Part shown: piece by piece, positions 36,603 through 46,167 of the stretch
Layout of the letters: each line of letters opens with the position of its first letter
Position numbering within the stretch: position 1 is the stretch's first letter
Origin: an uncultured Gammaproteobacteria bacterium
Lineage (GTDB): Bacteria; Patescibacteriota; Patescibacteriia; UBA9934
Reading direction: 5' to 3'
DNA: 64,000 bases
Assembly: GCA_964401485.1 (NCBI GenBank)
Contig: CAYNYL010000006.1
Span: 4,208 to 68,207, forward strand
Notes under the pieces: model-generated
What the model saw: the letters and a program-made list of their open reading frames with translations, nothing else
Told to the model about the DNA's origin: nothing
Database searches by the model: none
Translations under genes and position numbers: made by a program

Positions 36603-37434
36603 GAAGCGACGCCATCTCGATTTGATCAACAATCGCCGTCGCCCGTTTCTCCCATGTTGAGCGGATTTCGACTTCAACGCGTGCCTCGTGACCAAGAATC
36701 ATCCATTCTTCAATCGTCGTCGGTTCATCTTTTGGTGCGAGGCTTCCCGTGTACACCGTTCCATAACTCATCGTCTCCTCGCGCATGTCGCTCGTCGTCA
36801 CAACGCCGAGTGCGCCGCTAAAGAGCGCGTAAAGGGTGCTTGCGTCACGTGCCTCGGGAACATGGATCGTTCCTTTCATGTGAAGCGCCTCCCCGCCAAA
36901 AATCGCAACTGGGTAACGGCCAAGAAATCGTCGAACCGCTTGCTTCACTTCCTGTTGTTCAAGGGAGCGAGCGTCAATAAGCATGTACCCCTTTGCATCA
37001 AGTCCATAAACCGAAAGAAGTGTCGGACTAATGATTCCCCGCTTTTTCTCAATCCCATCAACAATTTGCACAACAGTTGTCGCAAAAACCGCGCTGATCG
37101 ATTTGGCCGGGGTACGTTCCGCGATAACGATCGTTGTGCGTGGAGCGAGAACGCGTGCAAACGCAACGTCAATAACAGCGGGCGAAACGAAGAAAATGTG
37201 GGTTGGGCGAGTCCAAAGAAGCTCAACAATCAACCCAAACTGACGCAAACCAGGAAGCTTAGAAAACGTTCCGATATCGACAAAGTCGCGTCGTGATTCA
37301 TTCATTTTTTGAAAGAATAGAGCCCGAACCGTGTGCTTCTTTGCCCCAAAAATCGAACCAATGCCGAAAATCCAAGCAATTTCGCTTGTTTTTTGTTTCG
37401 GAGAGTCGATGATCATTAAACGCATAAGGGGCAA
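36574..37434 (-). CDS. Hypothetical protein (286 aa)
   Basis: ORF with protein-like composition, convergent to and overlapping the 35415-36602 gene by 29 nt. No family recognised. Confidence 0.35.
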   Translation of the reverse strand: MPLMRLMIIDSPKQKTSEIAWIFGIGSIFGAKKHTVRALFFQKMNESRRDFVDIGTFSKLPGLRQFGLIVELLWTRPTHIFFVSPAVIDVAFARVLAPRTTIVIAERTPAKSISAVFATTVVQIVDGIEKKRGIISPTLLSVYGLDAKGYMLIDARSLEQQEVKQAVRRFLGRYPVAIFGGEALHMKGTIHVPEARDASTLYALFSGALGVVTTSDMREETMSYGTVYTGSLAPKDEPTTIEEWMILGHEARVEVEIRSTWEKRATAIVDQIEMASLLKHGVLAHE

Positions 37435-37533
37435 TTCTAGCAGATTTAAGCCATTTTGTCAAAAAGAAATAGGGCCCGAAGCATTTCTGCTTCGAGCCCT
37501 CTTCACCCGCGTGTGTTCACGCGAGTGGACGAA

Positions 37534-40500
37534 TCACTGGCCGGTGTAGGCGACGCGCCAGAAGGTCGTTCCACCCTCCGTACGCCGCTCGATCCGACAC
37601 AGACTCGTGTCGTTGAGGTACGCCCCACCGAGATGCACCGTCGAGATGCCGAGCGAGCCCTGGAGCTCGATCGACCAGTCGCCGGTCGTGAAACTCGCTC
37701 CCCGCGTCGCCGAGTCGAAACTCGACGTCGAGAGAAGGTTCATTCCACGAACGTACCGAACCGTCGTCGGCGTCCCCACGCTCGAGAGCGTGTAGGAGGC
37801 GAGCGGACCGGTCGCGGTCACCGACAGGGTCGAACCGCTCACCGCACAGGTCAGGGCGATCTGACACTGGTAGGTCGTCTGGTTGGCACAGCTGTACGCC
37901 GTCCAAGCAGTCGTCCCACCCGTTCCGCCGGTTCCGCCCGACGTGCCGGTCTCATCGACCTGCCCGTCACAGTCGTCGTCGATGGTGTTGCCCGCAACTT
38001 CCGACGCTCCCGGATGAACCGAGGGCTTGAGGTCGTCGCAGTCGTTGCCATCGTCGTCGAAGGGCGCGTACTCGATCTCGCGCTCGGGCATCTCGTCACA
38101 GGCGAAGATCGACGGCCGACCGTCATCTCCGTACCCGTCCTCGTCGCGATCCTGCAACCATTCGATGGTCGCGGGATCCGAGGGGAGCGGACTCTCGTCG
38201 ACCTGCCCGTCGCAGTCGTCGTCGAGATCGTTGCACCGTTCCTGCGCTCCCGGGTTGCGGGAGGCGGTCGTCGGGGCGCAGTCGCCCGCGACGCTCGCGA
38301 AGCCGGACCGGATCGTACAGGCCTGGATCGTACTCGAGGCGACTCCGTACGAGTCGCTGTCCACGTCCGCGTAGAAGGTCGAGGCGCCGATCGCCCCGTC
38401 CTCGTCGATGACCGTGTCGCAGTCATCGTCGACACCGTTGCACCGCTCGCTCGCGCTCGGGCTGACCGCCGAGTTCGAGTCGTTGCAGTCGGTCGCCACC
38501 GCGTAGTAGCCGGTGGGCGCCGTGCACGCCTGCGTCGTCGTTGCGCTTCCCGCGAAGAGGTCGCGGTCGGCGTCGAGGTAGAAGGTCATCTTGACCCCCT
38601 CGTCGATTCCGCCGATGCAGTTGTTGTCGACCCCGTCGCAGACCTCGGTCGCGTTCGGGTTGATGAGCCGGGAGAGGTCATCGCAGTCGTTCGCGTTCGT
38701 CACGAGTCCGCTCGTGCGCGTGCAGGAAGCCTGCGTCTCGGTCATGCTCCCGAAGGAGTCGCCGTCCCGATCGACGTTGAACGTGGTCATGTCGACCGCG
38801 TTCTCGTCGACCGCACCACTGCAGTTGTCGTCGACACCGTTGCACCGCTCGGAAGCACCGGGCTTCACGGCGGGGTCGCTGTCGTTGCAGTCAGTCGAGC
38901 GGGCGGAGTAGCCCGTCGGGACCGTGCACGCGAGCGTCGTCGGCGAGGGCACCCCGTAGGTGTCGCCGTCCGCGTCGCGGTAGAACGTCGTTCCGCCGGT
39001 CGCCCCGGCCTCGTCGATCTGCGCGTCGCAGTCGTCGTCGTAGCCGTTGCAGGCCTCAACGCCGTTCGGGTTGACCGCGACCTTGGTGTCGTCGCAGTCG
39101 TCGTTGTTCGCCGTGTAGCCGGAAGGCGCGCTACACGCCTGCACGGTGTCACGTCCGCCGAAGGTGTCGGCGTCGGCGTCCTTGTAGTACGTGTACGTTG
39201 CGCCCTCATCGGTGGAACCATCGCAGTCGTCATCCTTCCCGTTGCACACCTCCGTGGCGCCGGGGAAGATGGAGCGGTTCCGATCGTCGCAGTCCTGGCT
39301 GTTCGCGACGAGTCCGACCGTGGCCGTACAGGCACGGATCGGCGCACCGAGGTCTCCGAAGAGATCCCGATCGGTGTCGGCGTAGAACGTGATCATGTCG
39401 ACCGCGTTCTCGTCGATCTCCGCGTCGCAGTCATCGCTCACCCCGTTGCACCGCTCTTGGGCGCCCGGGTTGATCGCGACGTTGCCGTCGTTGCAGTCGC
39501 CGGTGCGGGCGATGTACCCGACCGGCGCCGTGCAGGCGACCTGCGTGCGATTCGGATCACCGTACGTGTCGGTGTCCGCGTCGAGGTACCAGGTCGCTCC
39601 ACCGGTCGCGCCGGCCTCGTCGATCTGCGTGTCACAGTCGTTGTCGACCGCGTCGCAGACCTCGCTCGCACCAGGACGAATCGCGACATTCCCGTCGTTG
39701 CAGTCGCCAGCGAGGGCGACGTAGCCCGACGGGATCGCGCTCGGACACCCGGGAGTGGTCTGCGTCTGCAGCCCGTACCCGTCGCCGTCCGCGTCGCGGT
39801 AGTAGGCGACTTGGACATTCTCGTCGACCTGCCCGTCACAGTCCTGATCCGCGCCATCGCAGACCTCCGACCCTCCGGGCCGGATGTCACTACGCGTGTC
39901 GTTGCAGTCCGTGTTCGTCGTCGCGAATCCCGCGCTGATCGTACAGGCCCGAACCGTCTGCGTCGTTCCGAACCCGTCTCGGTCCGTGTCGACGAAGAAC
40001 GTCGTGCCGTTGACGGGGTCGTTGTTGACGAGCCCGTCGCAGTCGTTGTCGAACGTGTCGCAGACCTCGCTCGCGCCGGGATTGACCGACGCGACACCGT
40101 CGTTGCAGTCGAACGCCGAGCGCACCGCGACCCAACCGGTCGGCGGAGGCGCGCAGAACTGATGCGAGCCGACGGCGTTTCCCCACCCGTCCCGATCGGA
40201 ATCGGGGAAGTAGGTCGTCGTCCCTTCGGCGTCATCTTCGTTCGCGACCCCGTCGCAGTCATCGTCGTGCGTCGTCGAGCAGAGCTCTTCGGCGTCCGGG
40301 TTGACCGAGGCGAGGCCGTCGTTGCAGTCGCCACCCTCGGCCGTGTAGCCGGGAGGGGCGGTGCAGGCGAGCACCGTCGTCTGGGAATTCCCGAAGGTAT
40401 CCCCGTCCGAATCGGCGTAGAACGTCCGACTTCCGGTTGCTCCGGTCTCGTTGTTCGTGCCGTCGCAGTCGTTGTCGATCGTGTCACAGACCTCGGCGAC

Positions 40501-40992
40501 GCCCGGGTTGACCGAGGCGACGCTGTCGCAGGACTCGTAGCCCAGCTGATCGCCGTTCTCGACGTAGCCGGGTTGCGGACCGCACGCGCGTTCGACGATC
40601 GTCGCGTTCACCGCGTACCGATCGCCGTCCGCGTCGACGAGGAACTGGCACACCTCGTCGGGGCTCACTCCTTCGTCGACCTGCCCGTCGCAGTCGTTGT
40701 CGAATCCGTCGCTCCGCTCGAGCTCTCCGGGGTTGATCCCGGCGAGCCCACCCTCGACACCGTCGAGGGAACGTCCCCCGACATCCGCCATCACGTCGGC
40801 GCAATCGCCGTCGCGATCGATGTATCCCCGGGGGGCCGTGCTCGCGCACGTGGAAGTGTTGCTCCGGCCGAAGCCGTCGCTGTCCGCGTCCGCGAACCAC
40901 TCCCTTTCGCCGGCGGGGCAATCACCCCCGTCGACCTGAAGACAGCCTGACCCCGCGACCACCATGGTCGCGAGGAGCGCAAGGTAGCGCAT
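37534..40992 (-). CDS. Giant lipoprotein (1152 aa) built from ~14-15 tandem MopE-type putative metal-binding repeats, with a distinct Thr/Gly-rich C-terminal domain
   Basis: Signal/lipobox MRYLALLATMVVAGSGC. Repeats of the form YxDADGDGYG...ACxxPxGY...DCNDxxxxxxPGAxExCNGxDDDCDGxxDE. The gene is strongly GC-rich (~65%). Confidence 0.8.
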   Translation of the reverse strand: MRYLALLATMVVAGSGCLQVDGGDCPAGEREWFADADSDGFGRSNTSTCASTAPRGYIDRDGDCADVMADVGGRSLDGVEGGLAGINPGELERSDGFDNDCDGQVDEGVSPDEVCQFLVDADGDRYAVNATIVERACGPQPGYVENGDQLGYESCDSVASVNPGVAEVCDTIDNDCDGTNNETGATGSRTFYADSDGDTFGNSQTTVLACTAPPGYTAEGGDCNDGLASVNPDAEELCSTTHDDDCDGVANEDDAEGTTTYFPDSDRDGWGNAVGSHQFCAPPPTGWVAVRSAFDCNDGVASVNPGASEVCDTFDNDCDGLVNNDPVNGTTFFVDTDRDGFGTTQTVRACTISAGFATTNTDCNDTRSDIRPGGSEVCDGADQDCDGQVDENVQVAYYRDADGDGYGLQTQTTPGCPSAIPSGYVALAGDCNDGNVAIRPGASEVCDAVDNDCDTQIDEAGATGGATWYLDADTDTYGDPNRTQVACTAPVGYIARTGDCNDGNVAINPGAQERCNGVSDDCDAEIDENAVDMITFYADTDRDLFGDLGAPIRACTATVGLVANSQDCDDRNRSIFPGATEVCNGKDDDCDGSTDEGATYTYYKDADADTFGGRDTVQACSAPSGYTANNDDCDDTKVAVNPNGVEACNGYDDDCDAQIDEAGATGGTTFYRDADGDTYGVPSPTTLACTVPTGYSARSTDCNDSDPAVKPGASERCNGVDDNCSGAVDENAVDMTTFNVDRDGDSFGSMTETQASCTRTSGLVTNANDCDDLSRLINPNATEVCDGVDNNCIGGIDEGVKMTFYLDADRDLFAGSATTTQACTAPTGYYAVATDCNDSNSAVSPSASERCNGVDDDCDTVIDEDGAIGASTFYADVDSDSYGVASSTIQACTIRSGFASVAGDCAPTTASRNPGAQERCNDLDDDCDGQVDESPLPSDPATIEWLQDRDEDGYGDDGRPSIFACDEMPEREIEYAPFDDDGNDCDDLKPSVHPGASEVAGNTIDDDCDGQVDETGTSGGTGGTGGTTAWTAYSCANQTTYQCQIALTCAVSGSTLSVTATGPLASYTLSSVGTPTTVRYVRGMNLLSTSSFDSATRGASFTTGDWSIELQGSLGISTVHLGGAYLNDTSLCRIERRTEGGTTFWRVAYTGQ

Positions 40993-41181
40993 GGTTCACC
41001 TCGTTGTGAATGACCAAACTTCAAGAATCGGGATTATTCCCGATCTTGCGCAAGGCGACAATTCCCTACGTAAGACAAGGAAAAATGAAGGAGCTTTTTA
41101 TCATAAAATCTAAAAAACGTCAACCGTTAGCGGAGAAAGAAGAAACCCCACCCCCGAGCGTTCTCGGAAGTGGGGTCAGTT

Positions 41182-43791
41182 TCAGGGGACAGAGAGGTAG
41201 AGCTCGCCCACCTGTGGGTTCGCGAGGTCAAGGACACACGCCTCGTTTTCAACCGGGTCGAGCGCGATTCCATCGCGCAAAACACGGGCAAAACGGACTT
41301 GGCCCCCGTCGTAGGGCTTTGAGGCAACGGTAAACTGGAACGGACCATTGAGCGGATTGCGCGAGATGACGTGGACCGCCGTCTCGCCAAGCCAAGGCGT
41401 TCCGTTCACCGTCCCCCCGCTCGCGCGAAGCTCGCCAACCTCGAGCGTTGCCCCGCTCGTTGGATGGACGAGCGCCGGCGTGAGCCAGGGCCTGACCACC
41501 CCCCGTGCATAGACGCGGAGCGGAAACACCGGATCATCGACAAGCTCGCACCAAACGACGAGGCATCCCGCATCCGTGTCGAGCGCGTCAACCAAGGTGT
41601 CGCAATCGTTGTCCGCGCTATCGTTGCAGACTTCGACTGCGCCCGGGTAAACGCTCGGATCATCGTCGTCACAGTCCCCCGTCTCAAGTGCATAGTCGCC
41701 GGAGGCCGGCTCAACGCACCGAGTAACCGAGGCCGCTCCGCCGACACCGTCGACATCGTGGTCCGCGTACCACCGCGTCGCGCCCGTGACGCTGTCCGCG
41801 TCATCGACGAGCAAATCGCAATCGTTATCGACCCCGTCGCAGATCTCGTCTGCTCCCGGGCGAATCGCTGCGACCGTGTCGTTGCAATCCCCCGCGCGTT
41901 GCACGTATCCCGGCGGGACCGTACAGCTCGCAAGTGACTGCGTAGACGTTCCCCAGGTATCGGCGTCCTGATCTCGGTACCAAGTTACCGACTGCGCGCC
42001 CTCGTCGATCGAGGAATCGCAATCGTTATCAAGTCCGTCACAGAGTTCCGGGGCGCCGGGGTACCGCGTCGACCGCGTGTCGTCGCAATCCCCGGCTCGC
42101 GAGGCGAAGCCAGGCGGAATCGTACAGGCGCTCATGGCCGTACCAACTCCGTAGGTATCGCGATCAACGTCCGTGTAGTAGGCGACGAGAAGGCCTTCGT
42201 CGATCTGCGTGTCGCAGTCGTCGTCGAACCCGTTGCACGTCTCTACCGCTCCGGGATAGATCGACGCGACCGCGTCGTTACAGTCCCCACCAACCGACAC
42301 GTACCCGCTCGGACGAGAACAGGCGAGACGCGTTGTACTTCCGCCAAACGCATCCCCGTCCCCATCGACATACCACGTCGTGCGCCCACTCGGCGCCGTG
42401 TCGAAGTCGTCAACGAGCGTGTCGCAGTCGTCGTCGAACCCGTTGCACCGCTCTTCGGCGCTCGGGTTGACGCTCGCGAGGCCGTCGTCACAGTCTCCCG
42501 CAACCGCGGTGTAACCCGTCGGGCGAAAGCAGGCCCGCGTCGTCACCCCTGTGTTTCCGTACTGATCGGCGTCCGAGTCCGCGTACCAAAGGAGCGGATC
42601 CGTCGCGTCCGTTTCCCCGCCCTGGCAGTTATTGTCCGTGCCATTGCAGGTTTCCAGCGCTCCAGGATACACATCCGGCCGACCGTCGTGACAGTCTCCA
42701 GCCGTTTCGACATATCCGCTTGGTTGATCGCAGGTGGCAACGCTCGCGGAAGGATCTCCCGCACCGTCACCGTCGTTATCACGATAGTAGGTCGTACGAC
42801 CAATCGCGTCCGACTCATCGCCGGAGCAATTGTTGTCGACCCCATCGCAGTAATCGAATTCCTGCGGATTCACCTGGAACGAATCGTCGTTACAGTCTGA
42901 GCCATCAAGAACATGGCCCGGAACGCTCGTACAGCCGATCACCGGATCCGCATCACCATCGCCGTATCCGTCCCCATCGAGATCCGGATAGTAGCGATTG
43001 AAGCCGAGCGTGTCTTCGTCATCGGCATCGACCGCAAGATCGCAGTCGTTGTCGACCCCATCACACACCTCGAGCGCACCGGGGAACACGTCGTCGTTTG
43101 AGTCGTCACAGTCATTGCTGTTCTCCGCGAGCACTCCCTGCTCGCAAGAGAGCACGACCTCTAACGAACCGAAACCGTCGCCGTCGAGATCCTCGAAGTA
43201 CGTACGGAGGTCACTCGCGTCGAGGTCGGTCACCTCGTCGCAGTCGTTATCGATCCCGTCACACACCTCGAGCGCCCCAGGCGAAACGAGTCCATTCGTG
43301 TCGTCGCAGTCTCCCGCATCCGGCACGAACCACCGATACGCCACCTCCCGAGCCTCGCCGTCGCACGAACGAAGCGTTTGTGCGCCCCCTCCGTAGCCGT
43401 CGAGATCATCGTCGCGGTAGACCATGAATGCGCCGTCGTTTCCGTTCGGCTCGTCCACGCCATCCACGCAGTTGTTATCGATCCCGTCACAGAACTCCAA
43501 GGCTCGCGGGAAGACGGCGCCATTCTCGTCGTCGCAATCACCGGTCTTCACCGCATGGGTGTCCGAGTGGTCGCAGTGCGACGTGAACGAGATCGTGGGC
43601 TCCATGCCACCAAATCCGTCCCTATCGCGATCGACGTAGTAGGTCGTCTCCTCGTAGCTCCAGGTGCGCGAACCGCATTCCTCAACGAGTGATGCGATCC
43701 GTGCCTCCTGCTCTTCCTCGATCCTCTCAAGGCGAAGTCGACACCCACCAAGGGCGAGAACTAAGCCCAAAACAACGAAAAGCCGTTGCAT
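41182..43791 (-). CDS. Second giant lipoprotein (~870 aa) of MopE-type repeats with a different C-terminal domain. Likely start MQRLFVV at 43791.
   Basis: Lipobox LVLALGGC. About 12 repeats such as DCDDTNGLVSPGALEVCDGIDNDCDEVTD and DCNDAVASIYPGAVETCNGFDDDCDTQIDEG. High GC. Confidence 0.8.
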   Translation of the reverse strand: MQRLFVVLGLVLALGGCRLRLERIEEEQEARIASLVEECGSRTWSYEETTYYVDRDRDGFGGMEPTISFTSHCDHSDTHAVKTGDCDDENGAVFPRALEFCDGIDNNCVDGVDEPNGNDGAFMVYRDDDLDGYGGGAQTLRSCDGEAREVAYRWFVPDAGDCDDTNGLVSPGALEVCDGIDNDCDEVTDLDASDLRTYFEDLDGDGFGSLEVVLSCEQGVLAENSNDCDDSNDDVFPGALEVCDGVDNDCDLAVDADDEDTLGFNRYYPDLDGDGYGDGDADPVIGCTSVPGHVLDGSDCNDDSFQVNPQEFDYCDGVDNNCSGDESDAIGRTTYYRDNDGDGAGDPSASVATCDQPSGYVETAGDCHDGRPDVYPGALETCNGTDNNCQGGETDATDPLLWYADSDADQYGNTGVTTRACFRPTGYTAVAGDCDDGLASVNPSAEERCNGFDDDCDTLVDDFDTAPSGRTTWYVDGDGDAFGGSTTRLACSRPSGYVSVGGDCNDAVASIYPGAVETCNGFDDDCDTQIDEGLLVAYYTDVDRDTYGVGTAMSACTIPPGFASRAGDCDDTRSTRYPGAPELCDGLDNDCDSSIDEGAQSVTWYRDQDADTWGTSTQSLASCTVPPGYVQRAGDCNDTVAAIRPGADEICDGVDNDCDLLVDDADSVTGATRWYADHDVDGVGGAASVTRCVEPASGDYALETGDCDDDDPSVYPGAVEVCNDSADNDCDTLVDALDTDAGCLVVWCELVDDPVFPLRVYARGVVRPWLTPALVHPTSGATLEVGELRASGGTVNGTPWLGETAVHVISRNPLNGPFQFTVASKPYDGGQVRFARVLRDGIALDPVENEACVLDLANPQVGELYLSVP

Positions 43792-43901
43792 TAGCCCCCC
43801 AATCATGTCCTTAACGGACAGGTAATCGTATCGGAAAACTGGGTTTTTGTAAAGAAAAAGCTGTTGACAGGGAAAAAGACCCGTGCTACTCTCTTTGCAT
43901 T

Positions 43902-44192
43902 ATGAAAGCGGACATCCACCCAACTTATCACGAAGCCGTAACGGCAACATGTGCCTGCGGAGCGACCTACGCAATCGGTTCGACCCACGATTCAATCTTT
44001 GTCGAACTTTGTAAGGCTTGCCACCCGTTCTACACAGGAAAGCAAAAGATTCTCGATACGGCGCGTCGCGTAGAGAAGTTCCAATCAAAGGCGACGAAGA
44101 AATCGACCGCCACTCTTGGACACAAAGCAAAACTCGAAAAGAGCGCTGCGCGTGCAAAGAAGCGTGAAGAAAAGAAAGCAAAAGGAGCGTAA
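43902..44192 (+). CDS. rpmE: 50S ribosomal protein L31
   Basis: [49 protein letters not shown] is the L31 zinc-ribbon signature. Confidence 0.9.
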   Translation: MKADIHPTYHEAVTATCACGATYAIGSTHDSIFVELCKACHPFYTGKQKILDTARRVEKFQSKATKKSTATLGHKAKLEKSAARAKKREEKKAKGA

Positions 44193-44208
44193 CAACGCCC
44201 CCGATCAA

Positions 44209-44238
44209 GCAACACCCGAAAAACGGGTGTTGTTTTTA
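44209..44238 (+). terminator. Rho-independent terminator after rpmE
   Basis: caacacccg-aaaaa-cgggtgttg hairpin followed by TTTTT. Confidence 0.75.
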
Positions 44239-44242
44239 TCCT

Positions 44243-45298
44243 ATGCAACTCCTCGAACAACTTGAAAAACAACAAATCGCTCTTAAAGCGACCGAAGCGA
44301 GACTTTCAGATCCCGCCGTGCTTCAAAATCAAAAAATGCTAAAGGACGTTACACGAGAATACCAGCGTCTAAACGACATCGTTGCAAAAGGTGAAGCGCT
44401 AAGAAAGGCGGTTGCAAACCTCGAAAGCGCCAAGGCATCGCTTAATGACACCGATCCAGATATTCGTGCCCTCGCCGAAGAAGAAATCCTCTCTCTTGAA
44501 GAAGCGATCCCCTCGCTCGAACTAACGTTTAAGCGAGCGCTCATTCCGGAAGATCCTCTCGACGCCCACGACGCAATTATCGAAATCCGAGCCGGAGCAG
44601 GTGGAGACGAAGCCTCCCTCTTTGCCGGCGACCTTTACCGCATGTACTCACATTTCGCCGAAAATCACGGGCTTCGTGTTGAAATTTCCTCACAAAGTCT
44701 TAACGACGTTGGCTTTAAAGAACTCGTGTTTGAAATCATCGGAACTGGTGCCTACGGAAAAATGAAATACGAATCAGGTGTTCACCGAGTTCAACGTGTT
44801 CCTGAAACGGAAAAACAAGGCCGAATCCACACCTCAACCGTCACAGTTGCCGTATTCCCGAAAATCGAGGAACAAGAGTTCGAGCTCAACATGAACGACT
44901 TAACAATCGAAGCGACAACCTCACAGGGTGCGGGAGGACAAAGCGTTAACACGACCTATTCGGCAATCCGCATCGTCCACAAGCCAACAGGAATTGTTGC
45001 CTATTGCCAAGACGAACGTTCGCAACGACAAAACAAAGAAAAGGCACTGAACGTAATTCGGGCGCGTGTTTTTGCCCATGAACAAGAACAAAAGCGACAA
45101 GCGATGGAAGCCGAGCGTCGAGACCAAATCGGCTCCGGCGACCGAAGTGAAAAAATCCGAACCTACAATGGCCCACAAGATCGCGTCACCGACCACCGAA
45201 TCAAACAAAGCTGGCACAACCTCCCTGGAATTCTCGCTGGCAACCTCGACGAGATCGTCGACGCATTAAAACGCGCCGAAGAAGAACTCTCGCTATGA
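44243..45298 (+). CDS. prfA: Peptide chain release factor 1
   Basis: GGQ motif ([12 protein letters not shown]), PxT-region context, 351 aa. Confidence 0.95.
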   Translation: MQLLEQLEKQQIALKATEARLSDPAVLQNQKMLKDVTREYQRLNDIVAKGEALRKAVANLESAKASLNDTDPDIRALAEEEILSLEEAIPSLELTFKRALIPEDPLDAHDAIIEIRAGAGGDEASLFAGDLYRMYSHFAENHGLRVEISSQSLNDVGFKELVFEIIGTGAYGKMKYESGVHRVQRVPETEKQGRIHTSTVTVAVFPKIEEQEFELNMNDLTIEATTSQGAGGQSVNTTYSAIRIVHKPTGIVAYCQDERSQRQNKEKALNVIRARVFAHEQEQKRQAMEAERRDQIGSGDRSEKIRTYNGPQDRVTDHRIKQSWHNLPGILAGNLDEIVDALKRAEEELSL

Positions 45299-46167
45299 CA
45301 ATCCTTGAAGCGCTCACATTTGGCGAACAACGACTTAAGTCGCGCTTCAAAGCGACCGAGCTAGGCTCCCCACGAATCGACGCACAAGTACTCCTCGCAA
45401 GCGTGCGAGGCAAGGGTTCAAGCTATCTCTTCTCGCACATGGAAGAAGAGCTCCCACTCGACACCGAACGACGCTATCGTAAAGCGATTGATCGTCGAGC
45501 AACCTTCGAGCCCGTCGCCTATATCGTCGGCCACAAAGCATTTTATGGACGCGATTTTTTTGTCACAAAAGACACCTTGATTCCACGCCCAGAAACGGAA
45601 CTTCTTGTTGACGAAGCAATCAAGGCCATCGATACCCGCCCACTCATCCTTGATATCGGAACAGGCTCAGGAGCCATTGCAATCACCCTGGCTCTCGAAA
45701 CACGCCGACCGATTCTTGCCTTCGATCTCTCAAAAGAAGCGCTCGCCGTCGCAAAAAAGAACGCATCGGCGCTTTCGGCCGATGGCCTCGTCCATTTCGA
45801 ACAAGGAAACCTTCTTTCTCCACTTACAAAAGACCGAGTCCCCTACTCCGACTTCTCGTCGCTTATTATTTGCGCAAATCTTCCCTATCTCCCAGCTAGC
45901 ACGATTCCATCCCTTGATCCGGACGTTCGTCTCTTTGAGCCGACACTCGCGCTCGATGGAGGCATTGATGGACTCGATCTCTATCACGCGCTCCTTGATG
46001 AACTAAAAGCCCACGCCAATCTTCTCCCTAAAAAACAAACGATTCTTTGTGAAATCGACCCTTCGCAACCCGCACTTATCTCCGCTCTCGCGACAACTTA
46101 CGGATACACGGTAAAAATAGAAAACGATCTTAGTTCGAAACCCCGTCTTGCGATTCTATCGAAATAG
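45295..46167 (+). CDS. prmC: Release-factor glutamine N5-methyltransferase PrmC/HemK
   Basis: Overlaps the prfA stop by 4 nt. SAM motif [13 protein letters not shown] and NLPY (NPPY-type) motif in ICANLPYLP. Confidence 0.85.
   Translation: MTILEALTFGEQRLKSRFKATELGSPRIDAQVLLASVRGKGSSYLFSHMEEELPLDTERRYRKAIDRRATFEPVAYIVGHKAFYGRDFFVTKDTLIPRPETELLVDEAIKAIDTRPLILDIGTGSGAIAITLALETRRPILAFDLSKEALAVAKKNASALSADGLVHFEQGNLLSPLTKDRVPYSDFSSLIICANLPYLPASTIPSLDPDVRLFEPTLALDGGIDGLDLYHALLDELKAHANLLPKKQTILCEIDPSQPALISALATTYGYTVKIENDLSSKPRLAILSK

Noticed and set aside
37456-40950. 1164-aa plus-strand ORF and several other 100-350-aa ORFs on both strands inside the high-GC island (37517-37906, 37851-38435, 38865-39347, 39438-40487, 40484-40921, 41371-41937, 41406-41933 and others)
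   Set aside because: These are Arg/Ala/Val/Pro-rich low-complexity translations with no start context. They are the expected stop-codon-poor antisense frames of ~65% GC coding DNA. The minus-strand MopE-repeat genes account for the region.
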